A stretch of 63,443 bases of DNA, the filler included, from Octopus bimaculoides (taxonomy: Eukaryota), in NCBI RefSeq assembly GCF_001194135.2. It is 6 parts of 6 records of this genome, joined end to end, with 100 filler letters (N's around TTAATTAATTAA, not from the genome) between each part and the next. Parts side by side here need not be neighbours in the genome. Positions count along the whole stretch, not along the records: positions 13,334 to 25,674 come from NC_069003.1; positions 25,775 to 47,790 come from NC_068982.1; 4 more parts are not named here. One strand, 5' to 3'. Shown here one piece after another: positions 14,048 to 27,900 of this stretch (positions are counted from its first letter, which is position 1; each line of letters starts with the position of its first letter). A program made the position numbers and the translations under genes. The notes beneath the pieces were generated by a model. The model worked only from the letters and a program-made list of their open reading frames with translations, had not been told where the DNA came from and did no database searches.

Positions 14048-14790
14048 NNNNNNNNNNNNNNNNNNNNNNNNNNNNNNNNNNNNNNNNNNNNNNNNNNNNN
14101 NNNNNNNNNNNNNNNNNNNNNNNNNNNNNNNNNNNNNNNNNNNNNNNNNNNNNNNNNNNNNNNNNNNNNNNNNNNNNNNNNNNNNNNNNNNNNNNNNNNN
14201 NNNNNNNNNNNNNNNNNNNNNNNNNNNNNNNNNNNNNNNNNNNNNNNNNNNNNNNNNNNNNNNNNNNNNNNNNNNNNNNNNNNNNNNNNNNNNNNNNNNN
14301 NNNNNNNNNNNNNNNNNNNNNNNNNNNNNNNNNNNNNNNNNNNNNNNNNNNNNNNNNNNNNNNNNNNNNNNNNNNNNNNNNNNNNNNNNNNNNNNNNNNN
14401 NNNNNNNNNNNNNNNNNNNNNNNNNNNNNNNNNNNNNNNNNNNNNNNNNNNNNNNNNNNNNNNNNNNNNNNNNNNNNNNNNNNNNNNNNNNNNNNNNNNN
14501 NNNNNNNNNNNNNNNNNNNNNNNNNNNNNNNNNNNNNNNNNNNNNNNNNNNNNNNNNNNNNNNNNNNNNNNNNNNNNNNNNNNNNNNNNNNNNNNNNNNN
14601 NNNNNNNNNNNNNNNNNNNNNNNNNNNNNNNNNNNNNNNNNNNNNNNNNNNNNNNNNNNNNNNNNNNNNNNNNNNNNNNNNNNNNNNNNNNNNNNNNNNN
14701 NNNNNNNNNNNNNNNNNNNNNNNNNNNNNNNNNNNNNNNNNNNNNNNNNNNNNNNNNNNNNNNNNNNNNNNNNNNNNNNNNNNNNNNNNA

Positions 14791-15157
14791 GTTTATATCC
14801 ATTTAAAAGAAGAAAGGAAAATGGAGATAAGGAAATTAATAACTGCTTAATATTAACAAATTGGTCATCTTCGCTTCTTACATCCGTTTCAATTAATATT
14901 GAATAATTTAATTACAAATCTGAGTCTGCTGAAATAAATTGATAGGTCCACTTATAACAAATAAAGGCACAGTTTTTTTTTCTGATGAAATTATACTCAT
15001 GTAACGTAAATGTAAATTTAATGTACAAATTTGGAATTAAATTATTGAGTATTAATTGAAACGGCTGTAAGAAGCGAAGATGACCAATTTGTTAATAATA
15101 AATAATTATTAACTTCCTTATCTCAGTTTTCTTTTCTTCTTTTAAATGGATACAAAC
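14791..15157. mobile_element. Inverted-repeat element (arms about 14791-14920 and 15028-15157) overlapping a hammerhead
   Basis: gtttatatccatttaaaagaagaaaggaaaatggagataagg...catccgtttcaattaat matches the reverse complement of 15028-15157 at roughly 85-90% by eye. Confidence 0.85.
14977..15074 (+). ncRNA. Minimal type I hammerhead ribozyme motif (PLE-type)
   Basis: CTGATGA 14982-88; stem II aattatactca/tgagtattaatt; GAAA 15058-61; stem III ACGGCTGT (self-pairing with G.U); GUA triplet; stem I ttttt/agaag. Confidence 0.7.
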
Positions 15158-15338
15158 CATACGCTTTATACAGACTATTGTTTTAAGGGAATTTCATTCC
15201 CCAAAATACTAGATATTGAACCAGTATTTCCTTGGATGATAACACCCCTTCACGAGGTTAACATATCCTCTAATAAAATTTATATGTGTTTATGTGTGTA
15301 CATATATATATATATACATATATATACATATATATATA

Positions 15339-15412
<74 letters not shown>

Positions 15413-16180
15413 NNNNNNNNNNNNNNNNNNNNNNNNNNNNNNNNNNNNNNNNNNNNNNNNNNNNNNNNNNNNNNNNNNNNNNNNNNNNNNNNNNNNNNNN
15501 NNNNNNNNNNNNNNNNNNNNNNNNNNNNNNNNNNNNNNNNNNNNNNNNNNNNNNNNNNNNNNNNNNNNNNNNNNNNNNNNNNNNNNNNNNNNNNNNNNNN
15601 NNNNNNNNNNNNNNNNNNNNNNNNNNNNNNNNNNNNNNNNNNNNNNNNNNNNNNNNNNNNNNNNNNNNNNNNNNNNNNNNNNNNNNNNNNNNNNNNNNNN
15701 NNNNNNNNNNNNNNNNNNNNNNNNNNNNNNNNNNNNNNNNNNNNNNNNNNNNNNNNNNNNNNNNNNNNNNNNNNNNNNNNNNNNNNNNNNNNNNNNNNNN
15801 NNNNNNNNNNNNNNNNNNNNNNNNNNNNNNNNNNNNNNNNNNNNNNNNNNNNNNNNNNNNNNNNNNNNNNNNNNNNNNNNNNNNNNNNNNNNNNNNNNNN
15901 NNNTATATATATATATATATATGTATACAGAGAAAGAGAGTGACTTAGGCAGAATCTGCATAACACAGTACATGATGAAGATGAGCCTTTGAATTAGAAG
16001 TACACCTATATATGACGGCTTCCGGTTTCCGGCGTTCCATTTCCGCTCAAAAGACTCGAGTAAATGGCCAAGCTGAAGCAGAAAAAGAAACAACTACCAA
16101 GGTGCCATGCAATAGAATCGAACTTGGAATTTCACGATTGCGAAGCGAATTTCTCAATCGAATAGCCATGTATACGCAGC

Positions 16181-16239
<59 letters not shown>

Positions 16240-16618
16240 TACATATACACACACGTATATACCCGCGTACACGTACATATGGCTGTATGTGGTGGTACAT
16301 GCAACTACATACATCCAGACAAATATACACACATACTCATACATATATACAAATGCAGGCACATACATAGAGAGAGAGAGAGCAAGAGAAAAAGAGAGAT
16401 AGAAAGAGAAAAAGGGAGAGAGAGAAAGAGAAAAGGAGAGAGAAAGAGAATGAGGGAGAGAAGGAGAAAAGGAGAGAGAAAGAGAATGAGGGAGAGAGAG
16501 ACTTGTAACAGAGAGAAGATAAAACAATCAGTTTTGAACTGAAAACTTATTGAATTGTTTCTTCCCTCTATCTTTCTCTTTCTCTATCTCTCTCTCTCTT
16601 TCTCTCTCTCTCTTTCTC

Positions 16619-16654
<36 letters not shown>

Positions 16655-17147
16655 CGTCCTTTTCTCTCTTTCTCTCTCTCCTTCTCTATTTCCCTCCTCC
16701 TCTCTCTCTGGCTTCTAGTTCAATTTCTCACATCCACTCTCCCCCTCCAACTTACTTCGCTTGTCTCTCCTCCTACTTCTTCTTCATCCTCTCCCTCCAT
16801 CTCTTCATATATACATTCATCGTCTGTCATCTTTTGCACCTTCACTTCTCTACTCCACTTCCTCCTTTCCCTCTTCTCTTTCTCATTTTATTTCTTACTT
16901 TATCACTTTCTTTCTGTCTCTCTCTCTCTCTCTCCCTCTTCTTCACTTGCCATGTCTCTTCTCCCTTCTTTTTCCATTTCTCTTTCCTTATGACCCCCTC
17001 TGCTTTTCCCACCTCCTCCCCTCCTCTCTCGCTTCTTCCTCTTTTTCTTTCTTCTTCCATGTCTTCCCACCCTGCACCTTTCCCCCAGTCCCCTGTTCCC
17101 CTTCCTCTCCCCTTCATATCAGCTTTATTCCATTTCCTTTTTTCACC

Positions 17148-17212
<65 letters not shown>

Positions 17213-18402
17213 GCCTCGTTCTCTCTGTCACACTCTTCGTTTTATTGTTCCACCATTAATACCACCCTCGCCACTTACCACCACCACCACCAACAGCAAC
17301 AATAACAATCTCTTTCTCTTATCTCTACTCAAAATCTCGGTAATCCACAGATTAAACGTGTGCAAAGCCGTGTGTTAACTGGTTGTATTTAAAACGAGAG
17401 TGGTTTTCTTTTTTGTGTGTGTGAGGCTCTCAAAAATCCCCACTGCCATGAGAATGAATTAATTTCACAGATTTTAAACATAACACGAACTCTAGACAAT
17501 TATTTCGCTTCCATTTATTTATTCTTCCATTTCACTCAGCAGACGATCGACCGAACGATCGACCGACCGACCAAGTCGACCAGCAGACGACATCTCTTAC
17601 AACGCCATCTTGACAGTAATTCTAAGGCGCTATCAATAATAACTTGGCGCAAAGCTGCATAATATCGAAACTAAAGAAAACTAGGCGATTTATTCCAATG
17701 GATGTAGAGTTATCCATTTCCTTCTTTCTACGTCTTTCATTATTTTATTTTATTTTCTTATGTCTCCTTTCTTTTTCTTTCTTATCTTTCCTCTTCCTCT
17801 TCCCAGTTCTAACGCCATCATAATCATCATCATCATCGTCCACAACACCAGCATCATAGAACATCATAGAACATGATAGAACATCATAGAACTGGAATAA
17901 CATAGAAAAGACAGGAAAATAAGAAAGTAAAAAAAACAAGCGATATAGAAAGAAAAGATTAGGGATAAATATACATTCATTGGAATAAACCCAGTTTTTT
18001 GGTTTTTTGTTTAGATTTTTGGCGGGGGCTTTTCAGCATTTCGATACGATGCAGCTTTGAGTCAAGTTCCCAAAGAAAACTATACTAGCTATTCCAATGG
18101 ATGTAGATTTATCCATTAAATTCTTGCTACGTTTTCCCATTTTCTTTTTTTCCTTCTATCGTTTCGCTATTCTATCGCTCTCCTAGTTCCTCTTCTATCT
18201 GCTCTCCTCTCAGTTCTATCAATAACGTCAATAATATCACCATCGTCTTCTCTATTCTGCTCTTCTACACAACCAATACACAATAGAAAGCTTGTTTTTT
18301 TCAATTAAAAAAGATAAGAAGGAGAGGAAACGGCCGAAACCGAAAGAGTGAGGAAGAAAGTTTTACAAAAGGAGGCGGTAATGTGTGCGTTCATGTGAAT
18401 GC

Positions 18403-18454
<52 letters not shown>

Positions 18455-19382
18455 NNNNNNNNNNNNNNNNNNNNNNNNNNNNNNNNNNNNNNNNNNNNNN
18501 NNNNNNNNNNNNNNNNNNNNNNNNNNNNNNNNNNNNNNNNNNNNNNNNNNNNNNNNNNNNNNNNNNNNNNNNNNNNNNNNNNNNNNNNNNNNNNNNNNNN
18601 NNNNNNNNNNNNNNNNNNNNNNNNNNNNNNNNNNNNNNNNNNNNNNNNNNNNNNNNNNNNNNNNNNNNNNNNNNNNNNNNNNNNNNNNNNNNNNNNNNNN
18701 NNNNNNNNNNNNNNNNNNNNNNNNNNNNNNNNNNNNNNNNNNNNNNNNNNNNNNNNNNNNNNNNNNNNNNNNNNNNNNNNNNNNNNNNNNNNNNNNNNNN
18801 NNNNNNNNNNNNNNNNNNNNNNNNNNNNNNNNNNNNNNNNNNNNNNNNNNNNNNNNNNNNNNNNNNNNNNNNNNNNNNNNNNNNNNNNNNNNNNNNNNNN
18901 NNNNNNNNNNNNNNNNNNNNNNNNNNNNNNNNNNNNNNNNNNNNNNTGTGTGTGTGTGTGTGCGCGCTCGCGTATCTGTGTGTTTGTGCGTGCGGATATG
19001 TAAATGTGTGTATTCGTTTATATGAGTTTTGTCTATGTGTGCTTATGTGAATGTGAGTGTGTGAGTGTTTATATGTGTGTGCGTGAGACTGCGCATGTAT
19101 GGGTGTGTGTGGTTATGTGAGCATGTATTTGTTCAAATATACACACATGTGAATGTGTGTACGTATATGTAAACGTCTGTAATGAATGCGTGTATGTATG
19201 TGTGTGCTTATGTGTGTTACCGTCTGTGTGTATGTTAATATGCGCGTGCTTGTGAGATCACGTGCTTTTCTAGGTATTTCCATGAATGTGCACGTTCGTG
19301 TATATGTATGTGTGCATGTATGTATATGTGTAAGTGTGTATGTATCTATCTATGTATGTATGTGCGTATGTGTGTATGTACG

Positions 19383-19417
<35 letters not shown>

Positions 19418-20238
19418 GTGTGTATATATATGTGTGTAAGCATGTATGTATGTGTGTATGCATATGTTTGCGTACATCTGTGTATGCATGTATGTGTGTG
19501 AGTATTCATACATGTGTGCATGTATGTGTGTATGTATTATCGTGACTGTGAGTGTGTTATTTAGTGTGTGCGTGTATGTCTTAATGTGAATATATGTATG
19601 CGTACGTTATTTGACTATGAGCGTGTGTGTGTATGTATGTGCGTTATAAATCATAGTGTGTATGAGCGTGCGTACATGTGTGTGTGTGTGTGTGTGATAT
19701 TGTGAATATCAGTGTTTCTGTGAATAAGTGTGAATTAAAGATAAAGAGAAGGAAAGTGAGAGAAGAATAAGAATGAGAGAGAGAGAGAGTGGTATTGATG
19801 AAGGAGGGAGAGAAAGGGAGAAGTATAGTGGGAAGGGGCGATAATCAATAATTATATTTGAAAACATTAATACATGTCTGAAAGAAATCGAACAGGAAGT
19901 GGAAAGAGAGGAGGAAGTGAAGAGGTTAAAATAGGAAGGAAAGTGAAAGTAGGATTAAATGAGAGAAATATATATGGAAAGAGAGAGAGGGGGGGACAAG
20001 AGAGACAAAGAGAGAGGGGGAGCAAGAGAGAAAAAGAGAGGTGGAGATGGCGGGAGGGAGAGGAGGATACAGAGAGAAAGACATACAGAATGACAGAGAC
20101 AGAGATGAATAGAGAGAGAGAGATGGACACAGAGAGAAAGAGAGATAGAAAGAGAGGGGGGGAGGGGCACAAAGAGATAAAGAGAGAGAGGAAGGGGTAG
20201 TGAAGAATGGAGAGAGAGCAGGAGTGAGAAAGAAAGAA

Positions 20239-20274
<36 letters not shown>

Positions 20275-20275
20275 A

Positions 20276-20323
<48 letters not shown>

Positions 20324-20811
20324 AAAGAAAGAGAAAAGAGAGAAAGAAGNNNNNNNNNNNNNNNNNNNNNNNNNNNNNNNNNNNNNNNNNNNNNNNNNNN
20401 NNNNNNNNNNNNNNNNNNNNNNNNNNNNNNNNNNNNNNNNNNNNNNNNNNNNNNNNNNNNNNNNNNNNNNNNNNNNNNNNNNNNNNNNNNNNNNNNNNNN
20501 NNNNNNNNNNNNNNNNNNNNNNNNNNNNNNNNNNNNNNNNNNNNNNNNNNNNNNNNNNNNNNNNNNNNNNNNNNNNNNNNNNNNNNNNNNNNNNNNNNNN
20601 NNNNNNNNNNNNNNNNNNNNNNNNNNNNNNNNNNNNNNNNNNNNNNNNNNNNNNNNNNNNNNNNNNNNNNNNNNNNNNNNNNNNNNNNNNNNNNNNNNNN
20701 NNNNNNNNNNNNNNNNNNNNNNNNNNNNNNNNNNNNNNNNNNNNNNNNNNNNNNNNNNNNNNNNNNNNNNNNNNNNNNNNNNNNNNNNNNNNNNNNNNNN
20801 NNNNNNNNNNN

Positions 20812-20904
<93 letters not shown>

Positions 20905-21007
20905 CAGACGCCATTTTTAAATCAAATACAGCATAAGAAATGATAATCATTATTAGCATTAGGAAATCATCAACATCATCATCGTCGTCATCATCACCAT
21001 TATCATC

Positions 21008-21039
<32 letters not shown>

Positions 21040-22004
21040 TATCATCATCATCATTATTATTATTATTATTATATAATGTCTCAGAGTGTTATCATCTATA
21101 TTGTCCGGCACCATTATTAGTCGTGTTTGTATATTAAAAAAATAAAACGAAAAGATAGAAAGAGAGAGAGGCGTGGGGGAGGGAGAGAAACGGCAGGCCA
21201 ATTGATAATAATATTATATCTTCAAATATAAGAAATATCGTATTATGTCTTTCTTTTTATTTCTTGTTTTTTTTCTCTCTCTCCTTATTTAATTGTTTTA
21301 CCAACTTTTTTAAAAAATATCACGTACGATATTACACCAAATATAGATATTGTATCAATTGTCTGCTGTTACTTTCGATTATTGTTGTTCTTGTTGTTCT
21401 TGTTATTGATGCTGTGTGGGGTGGAGTTCCGCCTTTTACTTAGATATAAGTAAAAAAAAACTCAGCCATTTTGTTTGCGATTTTTCTCCGCCTCCTGTGA
21501 GAATTTTGGAGGATTTTCTTTTATTTTATTCTAAACAATCTGGTGGCGTCGTCTGCTGTTCGGACATTGGTGAAATGAACGAGTTTCAAATACTTAGAGA
21601 AAGACTTAATGGAAAATATCGAGAAAAAGATACCGAATGTAAATGAATAGCAAATATTTAGATCTTTATTTCCGTGTTCTATATAAGTGATTTTCTATTC
21701 AACTATCTATCTACCACTTTACCTATTCATTTATCTGTCTATATATCTCTCAATTTATTCGTCCATCTATTTATCTACCTATCTATCTGTCTGTCTGTTT
21801 GTCTTCCTACCTGTCTCCCTATTTGCTAAGCTACCAACTTATCCATCCACTTATCTACCTATATGCCTATCTCCCTTTCTACCTATCTAACTATCTGTAT
21901 AGCTACCAATTTATCTACCTATTTATGTGTCTGCCTATCAATCTATCTACCTATCTACCAATCTCTCCTTCAATCTATGCACCTATCTATCTATCTATCT
22001 ATCT

Positions 22005-22051
<47 letters not shown>

Positions 22052-23099
22052 CGTTTATGTTTGTTCCCCCACCCCCGCTTGACAACTGTCCTAAGAAGGA
22101 TAATAACCGAAAAAGAGAAGAATACGCAGCACGACGAATCACTCGATTAGTAAGCTTAATACCAATCACAAGAGTAGAAGTTCCAACAGAACAACGATAT
22201 TGGTAGTACAGACTTTGTTAGTATTTATAGAATAGATATAGAAATGCAAGGCCCCGGTGATGAGAGATTGGTTGAAGTTTGACTGTTAAAGCAAGACCAG
22301 TGATGTTAAAAACTCGCTTTGAATTTGGTCAAGGAGAAAGAAAGAATGTCAGCAGATGTGTCGGCCCAAATGTGATAACAATTTTCCTTACAAGGGCGAA
22401 AAAGAGATTTATAAAGACGAAAAATATACTTGTGGGGAAAGGCTATGTCGAACTAGATATATAGAGTCAACGTTCATAGCGGATGATTTGGCAAAAGAGT
22501 TTATATAACCGTTTCAATTAAGTTCTTTTGAAGAGGTTAAGCTTAAAAGACAACAGAACTAGGAATATCATGAGAGTTCTTGAAAAGATTAAATGGTTAG
22601 ATGTTTAGTTCTGACGGAGTTGAAAGTAACCAGAAACTGAGAAATGACTGATATCAGTGTCTGTGAATAGAAAATAATTCGCTCCATCCCACAGTGACGT
22701 TATTGAAGTTGAAGATGACGGAATCGAGACAGACGACAACATAATCGAGATTGAAGAGACCTCAATGAACCATCGAATGCCCGGTCAAGCCCTCGAGAAT
22801 CATTCGATTTCCACCCGACTAAAACGAATCAGACATCTCATTCAAGCAAGAATACAAAGAAAAATCTTCAAATGATGTCCAAAGGTTTTATTTGTTATAA
22901 TCCGAAAGAGCATAAATAAATAAAAACTAAGAACAAGAACGGACCGAGAATAGAGAAGAACTTTCAGGAACACCAGATGAGACGGAGAAAGTAGACGGAT
23001 GACAACTTCAATGTTACGTTCTCTCAGAAGAGATTCAAGAATTCTTCTAAGGATCTTTCCAGAAATTTCCTGACTTCGGCTTGTGCAAGAGATCAGTAT

Positions 23100-23330
23100 C
23101 GTTTTTCTTGTACTTGTTTCAGTCACTGGACTGCGGCCATGATGGAGCATCGCCTTGAAAGGCTTGAGTCGAAAAGATCGGCCTCCTCCGCCATTCTCCA
23201 ACGCTTGCGTATTTCTAAAGTCTGGTATGTAGTCTGTCTTTTTTTGTCGAACCGTTTGGTTACGAGGACATAAACAAACCAGCATTCGTTGTCAAGCGAT
23301 GGAGATGTGACACAGAGACAAAGATGCACA
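23100..23330 (-). mobile_element. SINE family B, 3' half
   Basis: cttgtttcagtcactggactgcggccatgatggagcatcgcc followed by the (TA)n gap. Confidence 0.8.
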
Positions 23331-24938
23331 TATATATNNNNNNNNNNNNNNNNNNNNNNNNNNNNNNNNNNNNNNNNNNNNNNNNNNNNNNNNNNNNNNN
23401 NNNNNNNNNNNNNNNNNNNNNNNNNNNNNNNNNNNNNNNNNNNNNNNNNNNNNNNNNNNNNNNNNNNNNNNNNNNNNNNNNNNNNNNNNNNNNNNNNNNN
23501 NNNNNNNNNNNNNNNNNNNNNNNNNNNNNNNNNNNNNNNNNNNNNNNNNNNNNNNNNNNNNNNNNNNNNNNNNNNNNNNNNNNNNNNNNNNNNNNNNNNN
23601 NNNNNNNNNNNNNNNNNNNNNNNNNNNNNNNNNNNNNNNNNNNNNNNNNNNNNNNNNNNATATATATATATATATATATATATATACATGCACATACATA
23701 CGTACATACATACATACATACATACTTATATACAAGTGTGAGTGTTTGTATGTGTGTGTGTGTTAGTTCAATCGGTTTGTATGTTATATCCTTCATGTTT
23801 AGACAGCAGGTGTAACCAATTTTTACATAATTCCTATTGAATAAATAGTTTTCTGTAGTGGTGGTAAATGGGGAAATGTTCATCAGGAGAAATGTGTTGT
23901 TTATTCAGCAATAATTAAAAATGCTTTACAGCTGAGACCCACACATGGAATATATTACAACACAAAGGCCAACTGTATTAACTGAGCCTAAATGCACGTG
24001 CGGAAACACCAAATCATTCTCACTCAACAAGTAACGCAATGCTGCGACCAAAATACACGAAGAATGCATTTATACACGTTATAAGAAGCAAAACATTTGT
24101 CCAATGTGATCTGCAGTGAGACTGAACTCAGAATCTCATGATTCTGATTTTAAATCTTTAACCACTCAGCTACATCTGCACCTATTTATAGACTTTTTAA
24201 GATGTGAGGAACAAAGAGGCAGTAGTCGTAGCCATTTCAGAATGCCCATCTTCTTCTTAGACGCGGGAGATTGTTGGAGCTGGTAATCTACTTGCGATAC
24301 CAGCAGCAAAACCAAAATAGTATGTGGGGAGGAAATCAGAGGTTTATGGTTCGAAATATCCTACTGTACGGTGGCATATGGTAGCCGATAACCGCACAAG
24401 AGCTTTGAAATGCGCCCTATAAGCTTATGAGACAGAGAGAAATGTATGTGTGTGTGTGTGTGTGTGTTTGTATGTTTTCTATAGCTATAAAAGTATGTGC
24501 TTATGACCCACAACCCTGGGCCCCAACTTCATTATAACACACGAGTTTTATTTGGGAAACCATCGATGCATACATACNNNNNNNNNNNNNNNNNNNNNNN
24601 NNNNNNNNNNNNNNNNNNNNNNNNNNNNNNNNNNNNNNNNNNNNNNNNNNNNNNNNNNNNNNNNNNNNNNNNNNNNNNNNNNNNNNNNNNNNNNNNNNNN
24701 NNNNNNNNNNNNNNNNNNNNNNNNNNNNNNNNNNNNNNNNNNNNNNNNNNNNNNNNNNNNNNNNNNNNNNNNNNNNGTGGCAAGCTGTACCAAAAAACAA
24801 AAAAAAACAGAGGAAAACAATATGTTATAATTAACGGAAATAATTTGCAGAACATTCTCATTAGGACACGGTGTGTTAATTATCACAATATACAAACGAT
24901 TGCAGACTCGTTCGACCATTTCGACCGAGTGACTGAGC

Positions 24939-24982
<44 letters not shown>

Positions 24983-25779
24983 CAGGAGGGGGTGACAAAA
25001 GGACAGAGGGAGCAAGCGAGGGAGCAGGCCTGGTTGTTAAGAAAATGGACTATTTACACAGTTCAATACCAAATATTATTCCTAAATTATTTAAATAACT
25101 ATGAAATTCACGTCTAATCATCCAGAAATGGTTTCAACCACTCAATGAACAATATTTATTCGACTTTTATATTATTTCTTGCTGTTCACCATTCGATAAT
25201 ATTGATTTCATGTGTTGTTGTTGTTGTTATTGTTGTTGTTGTTGTTTAATCGAATTATTTTGCTACAAGTTATTAATTAATTTATTTGTTTGTTTGTTTG
25301 TGTTGTTATTTGTTTGTTTGTTTGTTTGTTTGTTTGTTTATATATTTATTTATTTATTTATTGCTTTGTTTATTTGTATTTCACAGAATTATTGCCACTT
25401 CTGCCTTCGCTCTCTAAGTATTCGATTTGATTAAATTCGTGAAGTTTTAATTAAATCCCTATATAGATAGATAGAGAGAGAGAGAGAGAGGGGGGGAGAG
25501 AGAGAGAGGGAGAAGGGAGAGAGAGAGAGAGACAGACAGACTGACAGACAGATAGGTAGAGGATATATAGAAAGATACATACATACATAATTACATACAT
25601 ACAGACAGACTGACAGACAGGTATATATACATATATATATTTATACATATATATGTATATATATATATATATATNNNNNNNNNNNNNNNNNNNNNNNNNN
25701 NNNNNNNNNNNNNNNNNNTTAATTAATTAANNNNNNNNNNNNNNNNNNNNNNNNNNNNNNNNNNNNNNNNNNNNTATAT

Positions 25780-25985
25780 ATGTATGTATGCTTGTGTGTG
25801 TATATGTTTGTCTGTCTGTGTTTGTTCCCCAACATCGCTTGACAACCGATGCTGGTATGTTTACGTCCCCGTTCGGCAGAAGAGATCGATAGAATAAGTC
25901 CTGGGGTCGATTTGCTCGACTAAAGGTGGTGCTCCAGCATGGCCACAGTCAAATGACTGAAACAAGTAAAAGAGTAAAAGAGATA
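25780..25985 (+). mobile_element. SINE family B, 3' half
   Basis: Near-consensus copy ending gactgaaacaagtaaaagagtaaaagag. Confidence 0.9.
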
Positions 25986-26099
25986 TATATACGCATATAT
26001 ATATATATATATATATATAATTCAAATATTGAGGATGTAATTTCCTCGTAAGGATATCAAATATGTTATCAAATATATTGAAAAGAAGATGTTCCGCAG

Positions 26100-26907
26100 T
26101 TAATAAAGGAAAATAGAGAAGAAATATAGTCGACGCTCGGTTAATTTTATTTTATTTGTATGACGATGAAAGAAGTAATGAATATAAGATTCGGGATGTA
26201 AAGGAAACAAATCAGCAACAGAAATAAACATAAAAGAATCCTACATATGTTTCAATCTGGCCATTAGGCTTCGATCATCAGTATTCAAGCGATGTTAGAT
26301 TAAAATATGTCCGGATCTCATCAGGAAGTGAAATTTACTTTCTGGTGGTAAACAACGAAAAAACTAGAATGAGGATCGTGTTTTTAAATATTCAAACGTA
26401 AACAATAATTTATTAGGGCGCTGAGTTCATGTGAGGTGATATTATCTAATGAAATTTTGCTAAAATACTATAATGTACTTGATAAATAGACATTTAAGTG
26501 TTTAGTGATATAAAGTAGTCATTTAATTATAATATGGGCTGTTAAGGGTATTGAAGACAAATTGAGAGATGAAATAAATTTTTGAGGGGGAAAAACATAA
26601 AGGATTTGGAAAATAAAGTGAAAGATAATTCTATATTATATAATAAGATAACTATTAATTATTTAACATTTGAATGTACTAACGTATACATTCCATTATT
26701 CAGAGAAAAAGTTATTGTTTACTTACTTCGGCGATGAATTAAGATTTTTATGCGAAACATATGTAGGACTCTTTTATGTTTGTTTCTTTTGTTGGTTTCT
26801 TTCCTTTACATACTGAATCTTATTTGTATTACTTCTTTCATCGGGATACAAATAAAATAAAACTAACCAAGTATCCACTATATTTCTACTCTATTATCTT
26901 TTATTAA
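26100..26907. mobile_element. Inverted-repeat element (arms 26100-26253 and 26754-26907)
   Basis: gaaacatatgtaggactcttttatgttt...tatttctactctattatcttttatta matches the reverse complement of 26100-26253 at about 80% by eye. Confidence 0.8.
26239..26327 (-). ncRNA. Degenerate type I hammerhead motif
   Basis: Minus strand reads ttc CTGATGA gatc (long loop) gatt GAAA catatg TA gga. Stem III ACATATGT is a perfect palindrome. A second CTGATGA at 26275-81 is an alternative 5' core. Confidence 0.5.
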
Positions 26908-27230
26908 ATTTATATATATATATATTATATATGTAAATTGACGCATATGTGTGCATACACACACTCACACACACACACGCATATATATATATATATAAAA
27001 TAACAAACGAAGGAAAAGAATTCCTTCAAAAGGGTGTGTAGAACATACAATTCACTGGAACGTCAGTTGAATACCACATAAATATGGCTATAATGCAAAT
27101 TATAAACAGTAAATTAAATAGAGATTCAATCGACAATCCAATAATTTATTTATGTTATAATATAACATAATCTACTATGAATATAATATAATATAATATA
27201 AGATAACATTAAAAAATCATTAAAAAAACA

Positions 27231-27318
27231 AAATAGCCAACAATCTGTTTCGACTTATATGCATTATTTGATTTATAAACAATACATATCTTCTTATATA
27301 AGTCTCTTCGGAGCTTTG
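27231..27318 (-). ncRNA. Type I hammerhead motif with a U4C core mutation
   Basis: Minus strand reads agct CCGAAGA gacttatat...atataagtc GAAA cagattg TT ggct, with a perfect 9-bp stem II. Confidence 0.6.
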
Positions 27319-27812
27319 GTTTATCGACAGACGAAATTCCGTGTGAAAGGACGGCTGGATTGTAAAAGAATTAATTCAAATGCCTATATATTATGAGCGT
27401 GAGCGTTAACTTTTTAACTACACAACAATTACAATTAAAAACACAACAAAATTATAACGGACAAAATAATTAAGTAAATAGAATCTATAACTATCGAAAT
27501 ATATTTCTATATATCTCAAATAATATTAATCTAAACTCGTTTAGGTCGAAGATAATCTTTTGCTATTATAATAACATACTACAACAATATATAGGTATAC
27601 ACAAGTATCAGGGTCTTACTTAATCTAGAGACTGTAATAAAACGTGGAAATAAATGTAAATGATAATATACTATTATATTGGTGACTAACAAAAAAAGTT
27701 CTTTATTTATTTAGTTTATCGGAGGGAGAATTCCGTAATAAATATGAAGAGAAACCTAACAAAAATGTTCTTTATTTACTTAATTTATCAAAATTTCGCC
27801 TGTCGATCAACC

Positions 27813-27900
27813 AAAGCTCTGAAGAGATTTATATAAGAGAATATGTATTGTTTATAAATAAAAAAAAATGTATTTAAGTCGAAACAAATTGTTGGCTATT
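27813..27900 (+). ncRNA. Type I hammerhead motif with an intact core
   Basis: agct CTGAAGA(27819-25) gatttatat...atttaagtc GAAA(27881-84) caaattg TT ggct; GUU triplet. Confidence 0.7.

Noticed and set aside
21415-21560. Promoter with a GC box and YY1-like GCCATTTT
   Set aside because: These short motifs are expected by chance and there is no linked gene.
475-25648. Long ORFs rich in YI, CV, HT, SL, RE, I or M runs, and ORFs spanning X
   Set aside because: These are translations of microsatellites and N gaps.
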